Of a DNA stretch of 64,000 bases, positions 1 through 8,781 are shown piece by piece. Source of the DNA: Methanomassiliicoccaceae archaeon (lineage in GTDB: Archaea; Thermoplasmatota; Thermoplasmata; Methanomassiliicoccales; Methanomassiliicoccaceae). The stretch is taken from NCBI GenBank assembly GCA_040776945.1, contig JAXGZN010000002.1:64001-128000 (forward strand). The letters run 5' to 3'. Position numbers and translations under genes: made by a program. How positions within the stretch are numbered: position 1 is the stretch's first letter; each line of letters starts with the position of its first letter. The notes beneath the pieces are model-generated. The model saw only the letters and a program-made list of their open reading frames with translations. It was not told where the DNA came from and searched no databases.

Positions 1-627
1 CACCGAGGTCGCCAGCCCTATGAAGAGGCCGTTCTCGACGACCCCTGGTATGGAATCGATCCGGGTGCTGGTCTCTTCCGGTTCGCTGATCCTATCGAAC
101 TTGCAATCATAGATGAGGTTACCATTGTCCGTTACAAATGGGCTCTCCCCTCCGCGCAGGGTGGCGACGCAACCAAGGGCCTCCAGCGCCGACTTGGTGC
201 GGAGGTGCCCGAACTGCACCACCTCCACCGGCAAAGGCGTTCTGACCCCCAACACGTCCACGACCTTTGAACCGTCTACGATTATGACCTCCCGCTTCGA
301 GTAATACGCTACCATCTTCTCCCTGAGCAGGGCGCCGCCCAGGCCCTTTATAAGACGGAGGCAGGGGTCCACCTCGTCCGCCCCGTCGATGGTAAGGTCG
401 ATCTGCCCGACCTTTTCAAGCGTAGACAGCGGTATGTTGAGCGAGCGGGCCTGCCTCTCCGTCTCTATTGACGTTGGAACGCCCACCAGGCGATAACCGT
501 CCCTCACGAGTTTGCCTATCTCATCGACGGCAAGGCGGGTGGTGGAGCCGGTCCCCAGCCCGAGGACCATCCCGTCCTCCACGAGCTCGACGGCCCTCCT
601 CGCCGCCTGCAGCTTCAATGAGCTCAT
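1..627 (-). CDS. rpiA: Ribose-5-phosphate isomerase A (3' end runs off window)
   Basis: Manual translation from ATG at 627: MSSLKLQAARRAVELVEDGMVLGLGTGSTT...; RpiA motifs GLGTGST, IDGADEVD, KGLGGALLREK. ATGA overlap with upstream gene. Not in ORF track. Confidence 0.95.
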   Translation of the reverse strand, partial: MSSLKLQAARRAVELVEDGMVLGLGTGSTTRLAVDEIGKLVRDGYRLVGVPTSIETERQARSLNIPLSTLEKVGQIDLTIDGADEVDPCLRLIKGLGGALLREKMVAYYSKREVIIVDGSKVVDVLGVRTPLPVEVVQFGHLRTKSALEALGCVATLRGGESPFVTDNGNLIYDCKFDRISEPEETSTRIDSIPGVVENGLFIGLATSV

Positions 628-1331
628 TCCCTCACCCCGAACTCCTTTACGACCTCTCGGGTCAGCTCCTCGACGATGAAGGCGTTCACCTTCGCTCCCA
701 GCTCGGGGGTGGCAGAGGGCGCGTTCCCGACGAACCCGTCCGGCATCGACCGCTCAGGGTCACGGACGACCATGAACCCTTGGCTCACGTAGTGTCCGAC
801 CCTCTCCTGCGGCCTGACCAGCTCAGGGGCGATGGCCATGATCCGGGAGGTCTCTATCTTCCCGCCGTGCCCGTCCCCCCTCTGGTCCTCGGGGAAGAGC
901 TTGGCAATATCATAGTCGGTCAACAGCATGAGCCTGACGTCGTGCTCCTCCACTATGCCGGTGCAAGCCTGCCTAAGCGCGTTCATATGCGATCCGCCAG
1001 CATGGCCGCTGATCACAACCAGTTTGTCCGCCCCGTTGGCTATCAAGGAGCGCAGGATGTCCCGTACGACCAGGATGGTGGTCTCGAACCCCAGCCCGAT
1101 GGTCCCAGGCATGTTGCGGGTGGACGAATGGAAAGCATAACGCAGGGGAGGCGCCACCAGACCCTTAACGCGCTCGGCCACCGCGTCCGCTATGAACTCG
1201 GGCTGCAGGGAATCCGTGCTAAGCGGCAGGTGGGAGGAATGGGCCTCGGTCCCTCCGATAGGCAGGAACACCACGGGCCTCTCCCTCATGGCCTTGGCGA
1301 ACTCGGTAGAGGTCAGCGAGTCAAGGCGCAT
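624..1331 (-). CDS. Creatininase/creatinine amidohydrolase family protein (ArfB-like)
   Basis: Motifs PIGGTEAHSSHLPLSTD, SGHAGG, HGGKIETS. Confidence 0.85.
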   Translation of the reverse strand: MRLDSLTSTEFAKAMRERPVVFLPIGGTEAHSSHLPLSTDSLQPEFIADAVAERVKGLVAPPLRYAFHSSTRNMPGTIGLGFETTILVVRDILRSLIANGADKLVVISGHAGGSHMNALRQACTGIVEEHDVRLMLLTDYDIAKLFPEDQRGDGHGGKIETSRIMAIAPELVRPQERVGHYVSQGFMVVRDPERSMPDGFVGNAPSATPELGAKVNAFIVEELTREVVKEFGVRE

Positions 1332-1489
1332 CAGCGCACCTTCCTATCGGACAGATCGATCAGTCGGGTTCCGCAGACCGGGCAGTTCCCCTTCTCCAGG
1401 GCATCCTGTCCGAACCTCTCTTTCAGCTCCTGGTTGAGCCTATCGAGATCGGCGGTCTTTATGGAGCGGTCGCATCGGGGGCAATACAT
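1331..1489 (-). CDS. 52-aa zinc-finger microprotein (CPRC...CPVC)
   Basis: Manual translation MYCPRCDRSIKTADLDRLNQELKERFGQDALEKGNCPVCGTRLIDLSDRKVR; TGATG overlap with the creatininase start; below ORF-track cutoff. Confidence 0.8.
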   Translation of the reverse strand: MYCPRCDRSIKTADLDRLNQELKERFGQDALEKGNCPVCGTRLIDLSDRKVR

Positions 1490-1565
1490 CGACCGCGCAT
1501 CGGATTGACCGGTTCAAATATCTGCCGGGACAAGCTTAAGGCCATGGTCGGTCATTGAAGGGCCC

Positions 1566-2240
1566 ATGCGCTTGGCCGCCCTGTTCTCAGGAGGCAAGGA
1601 CTCAGTCCTAGCCGCCTACCTTATGGAGCAGCAGGGGCATTCCGTGGATGTCCTGGTCAGCGTGCGGCCCAGGGACCCCCATTCGTGGGTGTTCCATACT
1701 CCGAACCTCAAGTTCCTGCCGTTGATGGCCGAGGCCATGAACAAGGAACTTGTCGCGGTGGACAGCACGGGCACGGAAAGGGACGACCTCCGGGCGCTTG
1801 AGGACGCCCTTTCCCTGCTCGAGGTCGATGGCGTGATAACCGGGGCCATCGCCTCGGACTATCAATGGGACCGCATAAATCATGTTTGCGAGGGCCTCGA
1901 CCTCAATGTCCATTCGCCGCTCTGGAGAAAGGACCAGGACCTTCTCATGGAGGAGCTTATCGATGCCGGCGTGGTAGCCATGATCGTAAGCGTTTCGGCC
2001 GACGGGCTGGACGCATCATGGCTGGGCAAGCGGATCGACCATCAGGCGCTGGATGGGCTGAGATCGATCGCCAAGAGCAGGGGGATGAACCTTGCGGGCG
2101 AGGGAGGCGAGTATGAGACGTTGGTCCTGGACTCCCCGCTCCATCGGCGGGCGATAAGGATATTGGGTTCGGAGGTGGAGAGCGGCCGGGACTCCGGCCT
2201 GCTTAAGGTCACCAGGGCAATGCTGGAGGATAAAAAATGA
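1566..2240 (+). CDS. dph6: Diphthine-ammonia ligase family PP-loop ATPase
   Basis: LFSGGKDS PP-loop, GAIASDYQ, PLW, GEGGEYETLVLD. Confidence 0.85.
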   Translation: MRLAALFSGGKDSVLAAYLMEQQGHSVDVLVSVRPRDPHSWVFHTPNLKFLPLMAEAMNKELVAVDSTGTERDDLRALEDALSLLEVDGVITGAIASDYQWDRINHVCEGLDLNVHSPLWRKDQDLLMEELIDAGVVAMIVSVSADGLDASWLGKRIDHQALDGLRSIAKSRGMNLAGEGGEYETLVLDSPLHRRAIRILGSEVESGRDSGLLKVTRAMLEDKK

Positions 2241-2794
2241 AGGGTCACAGGTTCCCCGCCGATGCGAGGAAGAGGCTTAGCAACGAAGAGAGAAGAAGGA
2301 TGCAGCCGGCGGAGGATATCATAGCTCGGATGGTCCTTATGCCGGAGGAGGTGGTCGCCGACCTCGGATGCGGGACCGGCTACGTCACCATCCCCATGGC
2401 CGCGCGGGTGACTAAAGTGTACGCGATAGATGCTCAGAAGGCAATGCTGGAAGCCCTAGCCGAGGACCTCCCTCACGAGCTCAAGGACAAGGTCGTCCCG
2501 ATCCAGAGCGAACTCCCGAGGATCCCTCTTGAGGACAGGTCGATCGATCGTGCTGTGGCCGTGAACGTCGTGCATGAGGTGGGGGACCTCGCCGCCCTGG
2601 AGTCCGAGCTGCGGCGCTGTCTCCGTCCGGGAGGGAGGTTCACCATCGTGGACTTCCCAAAAAGGGAGACCAGTCTAGGTCCCCCCGTCTCCGAACGGCT
2701 GAGCGAGGAGGAGGTTATCTCCAATTTCCCATTCTTCCGCAAGCTCAAAGAGTGGAACTATCCGGAGTTCTATCAGTTGGAGCTTTCCCTCTGA
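2237..2794 (+). CDS. Class I SAM-dependent methyltransferase
   Basis: VADLGCGTG motif I, LRPGGRF; ATGA overlap with dph6. Confidence 0.88.
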   Translation: MKGHRFPADARKRLSNEERRRMQPAEDIIARMVLMPEEVVADLGCGTGYVTIPMAARVTKVYAIDAQKAMLEALAEDLPHELKDKVVPIQSELPRIPLEDRSIDRAVAVNVVHEVGDLAALESELRRCLRPGGRFTIVDFPKRETSLGPPVSERLSEEEVISNFPFFRKLKEWNYPEFYQLELSL

Positions 2795-3275
2795 CCCCCA
2801 TCTCTTGGCAGAACACCAGCACCTCGTCATAATCTGGCTCCTCGGCCTGCGAGGTATCGTAGGAGATCCAAGCATACCGGACCTCTCCATCGCGGTCCAC
2901 GATGAACACCGAGCGCCGGGACCTGCCGTTCAGGTAGCCCTCCCCTCCCATGAGCACCCCGTAATCATCGCTAACCTTCCCATCGAAGTCGGACAGCAGC
3001 GGGAACTGGAGGTCCAGACGCTCCTTCCATGCGCTGTGAACGAACTGACTATTGGTGCATATGCCGATAAGCTCCGCCCCTGCTCTCCTGAACTCCTCGT
3101 ACATCCTCTGGAACTGCTTCATCTCCACATTGCATATGACGCCGAAGTCTCCATTATAGAATATGAGCACCGCCGCGCCCCGGCCCAGAACTTCGGACAA
3201 GCTTAAGGACCCGCCGTAGGCCTCAGGGAGTGTGAAATCCGGCGCTCTCTCGCCAACGGAGGGTGTTCGAGACAT
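2745..3275 (-). CDS. Peroxiredoxin-like (AhpC/TSA/redoxin) protein
   Basis: VGERAPDFTLP, FPLLSDFDG, RSVFIVDRDG; active-site region atypical (FYNGDFGVIC). Confidence 0.85.
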   Translation of the reverse strand: MSRTPSVGERAPDFTLPEAYGGSLSLSEVLGRGAAVLIFYNGDFGVICNVEMKQFQRMYEEFRRAGAELIGICTNSQFVHSAWKERLDLQFPLLSDFDGKVSDDYGVLMGGEGYLNGRSRRSVFIVDRDGEVRYAWISYDTSQAEEPDYDEVLVFCQEMGVRGKAPTDRTPDSSTL

Positions 3276-3324
3276 AGCATCAGAATATGGGATGGAGGTT
3301 TGAAATACTTGCCTTCAGCCCCTC

Positions 3325-4902
3325 TCAATCGGCCCTCAGCGACACCTCCGGGGCATCCGCTCTCGATCTGGCCACCAGGACCCCGGCGACCAATGTAACT
3401 AGAGATAGAGGAAGGCCGATGATCAGCGGATCTATCACGTTGAAAGGGGAGCCGAGCAAGGTGGTCTGTCCGAACAGGGCGTTGCAGATCCCCAGCTTGG
3501 AGGCCTCCGCGGTATGAACGAAAACCGTCCACAGGAACCATGTTACCGCCCCTACCGTGAGCGATAATTTGGCGGGCAAGGCCAGCGGGTCCTTGGAATA
3601 TAGCCCGTAGGTAAGGACTGGCAGGAAGGCGCAGGCACACAGGCCCATGAACATGGCGGTGGCCCGGGCGATGATGCTTGGGGGCATGACCAGGGCAAGG
3701 GCGACCGAAAAGACGATCATGCTGACCATGCCCATCTGGGTCACTTTCTTGGAGGGACGCTCCCTCTTCACGATGTGCTTGTAAAGGTCATACCCGGCGG
3801 TGGTGCCCATGGTGTGAAAGATCGAGCTAAGGGTCGACATCCCCGCAGCCAGGAGCACAAGGAGGAATATGATAACGAACAGGTCGGGCATCGCAGAGTT
3901 GATGTAGAGCGGTATGATGTTGTCAGCGTTCTTATCGGCGGCGTAATAGGCCACTTGGCCGGTCCTCTCCCAGAACCAGACATTGGTCAGAGGTCCTACG
4001 GTGAAGGCCACGCCGGTCATCATCAGGAGGAAGGGACCTCCCACCGAAACAGCACGGTTGATGGAGCGTTCGTCCTTGGCTGACAGGAAGCGAACGCTGA
4101 GCTGAGGTTGGGCCAGCACTCCGATGCCGACGCCCATCACGATCGTGGTGACCAAGGTGAGCCAGATATCCGTTCCGAAAGCGGGCATAGCCGTCCAGGA
4201 ATGAAGTCCGCCGTCCTTAAGGAACCCTGGTATCTGAGGCGACAGGCCCGCGAGGCTGGTGAAGCCGTTCTCCACGCCCCCCACCGCAGCGAGCGTTAGC
4301 ACCAGGAGAAGGGTCATGCCTACGAGCATGAGGGCTCCCTGCATGGCATCGGTGTACATGACCGCGATAAGGCCTCCCATGACCACATAGGCCGCGGTTA
4401 TTAGCGAGAATCCGAGCAGGGCCACCGTATAGTCCAGATCGAACGTGGTATGGATGAACCATGCACCACCGATGATGATGGCCGCGCAATACAGCGGCAT
4501 GGCCGCCAGGATCATGATCCCGCTGGCATACTGCATGAAGTTGGATCTGTACATCTTCCCCAGGAGATCAGGGAAGGTGACAGCTCCCAGGCGATGGCCG
4601 ATCCTCCTGATCCTCTTCCCGTAGATTATAAAGGCAATAAGCACGCCCATCCCGATGTTCAGGACCGTTAGCCAGATAAGGCCGCTCCCGTAAAGGGCGG
4701 CAATTCCCCCGAACCCAACTATCGCCGATGTGGAGATGAACGTGGCCCCATACGACAGGCCAAGGACAAGAGGTCTGATCCTTCTGCCGGCCACCATGTA
4801 ATCGGTGGCCTCCTTGGTATGGCGATAGCCCAGATAGCCGAGGAACATCGTAGCGGCCAGATACAGGGCCGTACAAGCGGCGAAGACCAAGGTGTCAACC
4901 AT
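3325..4902 (-). CDS. Sodium:solute symporter family protein
   Basis: Multiple TM helices; DYMVAGR, SYGATFISTSAIVGFGG, AVMYTDAMQG, AAGMSTLSS. Start moved to ATG 4902, just after the accessory gene. Confidence 0.92.
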   Translation of the reverse strand: MVDTLVFAACTALYLAATMFLGYLGYRHTKEATDYMVAGRRIRPLVLGLSYGATFISTSAIVGFGGIAALYGSGLIWLTVLNIGMGVLIAFIIYGKRIRRIGHRLGAVTFPDLLGKMYRSNFMQYASGIMILAAMPLYCAAIIIGGAWFIHTTFDLDYTVALLGFSLITAAYVVMGGLIAVMYTDAMQGALMLVGMTLLLVLTLAAVGGVENGFTSLAGLSPQIPGFLKDGGLHSWTAMPAFGTDIWLTLVTTIVMGVGIGVLAQPQLSVRFLSAKDERSINRAVSVGGPFLLMMTGVAFTVGPLTNVWFWERTGQVAYYAADKNADNIIPLYINSAMPDLFVIIFLLVLLAAGMSTLSSIFHTMGTTAGYDLYKHIVKRERPSKKVTQMGMVSMIVFSVALALVMPPSIIARATAMFMGLCACAFLPVLTYGLYSKDPLALPAKLSLTVGAVTWFLWTVFVHTAEASKLGICNALFGQTTLLGSPFNVIDPLIIGLPLSLVTLVAGVLVARSRADAPEVSLRAD

Positions 4903-4903
4903 C

Positions 4904-5014
4904 TCATCCACCATCCTCGCATCTATCGACCAGGCCCCACGCTCCACAGACCAATGCCAGCGCGATCGATAGAACATAACCGAGGACGACAACAGGGTCA
5001 CTGATGCCCAGCAT
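4904..5014 (-). CDS. Symporter small accessory membrane peptide (36 aa)
   Basis: MLGISDPVVVLGYVLSIALALVCGAWGLVDRCEDGG; single TM helix directly upstream of the SSS gene, a known arrangement in methanogens. Confidence 0.8.
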   Translation of the reverse strand: MLGISDPVVVLGYVLSIALALVCGAWGLVDRCEDGG

Positions 5015-5166
5015 AGAATCCCCCAATCCTTCAGGGGGCATATCCTGAATGGCGTATTTAAAATAAATGATACATGTTAACAGGGCACAATCTAGCAAGC
5101 ATACGCCTACCGCAGCGGCACGGTCGCGGATAACTTGACGGCCTGAACGGCCATGACCTGTGTGCC

Positions 5167-6138
5167 ATGACCATCAGGACCTTCACCGACCTTCTCAACA
5201 AGGGGCTGGACCTATATCACGCCGGAAGATATCTGGAAGGCTACGAACTGATGACCTCCAACGCCGGCCATGTACCTAGGAACGACGCCCAGGTCTATGA
5301 CTATAGGGCCTCCATGGCCTGCCGCGCGGGCCATCCGGACCTGGCCATGGAGCTATTGAACGAGGCGGTGCTTAAGAAGGGCTGCTGGTACTCTCAAGAA
5401 TATTTCGATGAGGACGAGGACATCGCGCCATTGGCCCTCCTGCCCGGCCTCTCCCGACTGAAGGAGGTCTGTTCGGAGAGGGAACGGGAGGCCCGGGCCG
5501 CCAGCGTTTCCGAGCTGGTCATGACCAGAGCATCCGTTCGCAATGATAGCGCTCCGATCGTCATAGTCCTGCACGGCAATGGGCAGAACATACCGATATG
5601 CCAGGAGGATTGGCGGGGCGTCCCGGAAGAGGGCTTCGACCTCGCCTTCGTCCGCTCTTCCCAACTAACGTTCTCTGACGCCTACGTATGGAACGATCTT
5701 AAGGAAGGGGCTCGAGACCTCGAAGAACAGCTCGACGTCCTGCGCGCCGAGGGGGAGCTGGACGGCCGGCCGGTCATCATGGCCGGCTTCTCAGCAGGGG
5801 CGCGCATGGTCATAAAGGCGGTCATCGACGGGATGGTGGACGCTGATGCACTCGTTCTGATAGGGCCTTGGTTGCCCGAGCTCCACGAATGGTCGGACAC
5901 AATACGGAGCATGGGCGAGAGGATGCCGGGGACCTGCATCTTCTGCGGGGATAGGGACGAATGCCTTCCATGGGCCCATGGGTTGGCCGATATGCTACTC
6001 CGAATGGGGCGGCCATGCCGCTTCCTCGTCCCCGCCGGGCTCGGCCACGACTTTCCTCCCGATTTCACATCTGGCCTCGGTAAGGCGGTAACATCGGTCC
6101 TCAATACCCCGGCCGGTGAGGGGCTCGGGACAAAATGA
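5167..6138 (+). CDS. Alpha/beta hydrolase with N-terminal helical (TPR-like) domain
   Basis: LHGNG oxyanion segment, GFSAG nucleophile elbow, GDRD, GLGHDFP. Confidence 0.8.
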   Translation: MTIRTFTDLLNKGLDLYHAGRYLEGYELMTSNAGHVPRNDAQVYDYRASMACRAGHPDLAMELLNEAVLKKGCWYSQEYFDEDEDIAPLALLPGLSRLKEVCSEREREARAASVSELVMTRASVRNDSAPIVIVLHGNGQNIPICQEDWRGVPEEGFDLAFVRSSQLTFSDAYVWNDLKEGARDLEEQLDVLRAEGELDGRPVIMAGFSAGARMVIKAVIDGMVDADALVLIGPWLPELHEWSDTIRSMGERMPGTCIFCGDRDECLPWAHGLADMLLRMGRPCRFLVPAGLGHDFPPDFTSGLGKAVTSVLNTPAGEGLGTK

Positions 6139-6217
6139 CCAAATAATCTCGCCTCCGTTCCATTATCGCCTAATCGAAGGCGGGGGGCAGTGGGCCGGCG
6201 ACCAAGGAGGATAGGCA

Positions 6218-7567
6218 GTGAGCAGTGAGGGAGAAGAACAAAACACAGCCCGGGCCGGGACCGGGGACGGTCCCTTGAATGCCCTGGAGATCGGAGCAGA
6301 TGAGAGAAGATCGTTGCTGGCCTCGATAGTAGAGCAGTCAGACGATGCGGTGGTGGCCCTGACCATGGACGGCAAGATAGCCTCATGGAACCGGGCCGCG
6401 GAGACGATCTACGGCCTTTCCGCCGGAAATGCCGCCGAGCAAAGCCTCTCTATGCTCATCCCCGAGGACCATACGTTCGAGGCCTCCGAGATGCTGGAGC
6501 GGATCGCCCGGGGGGAGAGCATTCGCAACTACGAAATGGGCCTCAGGAAGGAGAGCGGAGAGGAGATGCTTATCTCCATGTGCATGTCGCCGATCAGGGC
6601 CAAGGATGGGAGCATCATAGGCATGTCCACCGTCTCCCGTGACGTGACCGCTGAGGTCACGGCCCAGCATGCCGCTAAGGTTGCTGCGGGAGCGGAGCGC
6701 AGGAGGTTCGTCGAGGTGCTCGACCGCCTCCCGGCCTACGTTGCTCTTCTGACCACCGACCACCGCATCTCTTTCGCCAACAGATATTTCAAGGAACATT
6801 TCGGGGAGGACCACGGAAGGCACTGCTATGAATGCCTGTTCGGACTGGATGCCCCATGTGACTTTTGCCAATCATACATCGTTCTCGAGACCGGAAAGCC
6901 CCATCAGTGGGAGTGGTCCGGTCCGGACGGCAACATCTACGATGTTTTCGATTATCCGTTCGTGGACCTGGACGGTTCCAAGATGATCCTTGAGGTTGGC
7001 ATCAACATCACCAAAAGGAAGATGGCCGAGGATGCCCTCAGGAAGGCCTTGGCCTACAACAGGAGCTTGATCGAAGCGAGCTTGGACCCCTTGGTCACCA
7101 TCGGACCGGACGGAAAGATAACCGACGTGAACATGGCCACCGAGTCCATAACAGGCAGGAGCAGGGCGGAGCTGATAGGCACCGATTTCTCCGACTACTT
7201 CACCGAACCAGAAATCGCAAGGGCCGGCTACGAAACGGTCTTCCGAGAAGGCCTCGTCCGCGACTATGCCCTTGAGATCAGGCACCAGGACGGTCGCATG
7301 ATACCTGTCCTTTACAACGCTCAGGTCTATCGGGATGACGAGGGCCACGTCATAGGCGTCTTTGCCGCGGCCAGGGACGTCACCGCCCAGAAGAGGATCG
7401 AGGCAGAGCTGGCAGCCCAACGAAGGATGGAACTGGAGAGGATATCGGACCTTGAGAAGTTCCAAAGATTGACCGTCGGGCGGGAGCTTAAGATGGTAGA
7501 GCTGAAGAAAGAGATCGCGGAGCTGAGGGCGATCAACTCCGACCTGCGGAAGAGGCTGGAGCATTAG
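6218..7567 (+). CDS. Multi-PAS sensor protein without output domain
   Basis: Three PAS/PAC units (SWNRAAETIYG...RDVT; FANRYF...NIT; DVNMATESITG...RDVT) ending in coiled coil GRELKMVELKKEI. Confidence 0.88.
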   Translation: MSSEGEEQNTARAGTGDGPLNALEIGADERRSLLASIVEQSDDAVVALTMDGKIASWNRAAETIYGLSAGNAAEQSLSMLIPEDHTFEASEMLERIARGESIRNYEMGLRKESGEEMLISMCMSPIRAKDGSIIGMSTVSRDVTAEVTAQHAAKVAAGAERRRFVEVLDRLPAYVALLTTDHRISFANRYFKEHFGEDHGRHCYECLFGLDAPCDFCQSYIVLETGKPHQWEWSGPDGNIYDVFDYPFVDLDGSKMILEVGINITKRKMAEDALRKALAYNRSLIEASLDPLVTIGPDGKITDVNMATESITGRSRAELIGTDFSDYFTEPEIARAGYETVFREGLVRDYALEIRHQDGRMIPVLYNAQVYRDDEGHVIGVFAAARDVTAQKRIEAELAAQRRMELERISDLEKFQRLTVGRELKMVELKKEIAELRAINSDLRKRLEH

Positions 7568-7568
7568 G

Positions 7569-8546
7569 ATGTCAGGCCTAGCGCGTAGGGATGGCACGCC
7601 GTCTGAGCTTCACGAGAGACTGTCGGCACTTGAAAAGGAGAACGCCCTCGCCCGGCTGGAGCTGGAAAGGTTGAATGCCGAGCGGGAAGGGATGCGCGAT
7701 CTTCACCGGGCCACCCTGAACCTGCTCGAGGATGTGGACGAGGAAAGATCGAAGTACTACAATGCTCAGCGGGCCCTCTTGAACCTACTGGAGGACGCTG
7801 ACGAAGAGCGCTCCAGGGTCGAGCACACCAAGGCGAGGCTGGAGCTGGTGAACAACGAGCTGGAGACGTTCTCATCATCGGTCTCCCACGACCTGCAGGC
7901 GCCCCTGCGGGCCATCAAGGGCCTGTCCCAAGCGGTCCTTGAGGACCAGCAAGACAGGCTGGACGAGGTAGGGAGACGATATCTGGTGCTAATGCGTGAC
8001 AGCGCCATAAAGATGGAGATATTGATAGAGGATGTCCTGGAGTTCTCCAGGCTCAACCGCCAATCAATGATGAGGTCCCACATAGACCTGAGCTCGATCG
8101 CCAGGTCGACCTTCGCCGAGCTGTATGCCCTTGAACAGGGCCGAAACATAGCGCTCGTCACCAACGGAACGCCATTGGTCACGGGGGACGAGGCCATGCT
8201 CCGACGCGTCATGTCCAACCTCCTTTCCAACTCCATCAAGTTCACCAGGGACAGGGAGGATGCGCTTATCGAGTTCGGCTTCGAGCCGGAGAGCGGCTCC
8301 TACTATGTCCGCGATAATGGAGTGGGCTTCGACATGCAGTACGCCGATCGGCTGTTCGATGTCTTCCACAGACTGCATCCCGGGTCGGAGTATAAGGGCA
8401 CGGGCATGGGTCTGGCCCTGGTAAAGAGGATCATTGGCCGTCACGGCGGGAGGATATGGGCAGTCGGTGATGCTGGAAAAGGCGCCTCGTTCCATTTCAC
8501 CCTCCCCGATGGCAATATGGGCGGAGGCGATCCACCGCGCACCTGA
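7569..8546 (+). CDS. Histidine kinase (HisKA + HATPase_c) without sensor domain
   Basis: H-box SHDLQAPLR, N-box NLLSNSIKF, G1 DNGVGFD, G2 GTGMGLA. Confidence 0.92.
   Translation: MSGLARRDGTPSELHERLSALEKENALARLELERLNAEREGMRDLHRATLNLLEDVDEERSKYYNAQRALLNLLEDADEERSRVEHTKARLELVNNELETFSSSVSHDLQAPLRAIKGLSQAVLEDQQDRLDEVGRRYLVLMRDSAIKMEILIEDVLEFSRLNRQSMMRSHIDLSSIARSTFAELYALEQGRNIALVTNGTPLVTGDEAMLRRVMSNLLSNSIKFTRDREDALIEFGFEPESGSYYVRDNGVGFDMQYADRLFDVFHRLHPGSEYKGTGMGLALVKRIIGRHGGRIWAVGDAGKGASFHFTLPDGNMGGGDPPRT
7707..7817 (+). repeat. 63-bp (21-codon) tandem coding duplication RA(T/L)LNLLED(V/A)DEERS
   Basis: cgggccaccctgaacctgctcgaggatgtggacgaggaa at 7707 vs cgggccctcttgaacctactggaggacgctgacgaagag at 7770. 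Confidence 0.8.
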
Positions 8547-8781
8547 TGCTCTGACGCGATCCCCATCCGCTTCCGTCCGTGCAGCATGGTCAGGGGCGAT
8601 CGCGGCCTCTTATATATAGAGGTCATCCGGATGGGAAAGCCCCTGTCCGCGATCGCCTAAGCGGAAAAAAGCATGATGCTGTAGCACAATCACCCTCAGC
8701 CTCTCTTATGGAGGACAACGCGGCCACCTTTAGCGGCCTTGAACGATCGCAGAGGAAGCGTATGAGGGGACCAGACCGAGC

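Noticed and set aside
468-1508. Long shadow ORFs such as 468-1508(+), 18369-19625(+), 42809-44005(-), 52479-53417(-)
   Set aside because: Antisense to well-supported genes with no motifs; typical high-GC artefacts.
7565-7600. Pyrrolysine read-through of the PAS gene TAG fusing it to the kinase
   Set aside because: The kinase starts in a different frame (7569); read-through meets another TAG and then TGA within about 13 codons.
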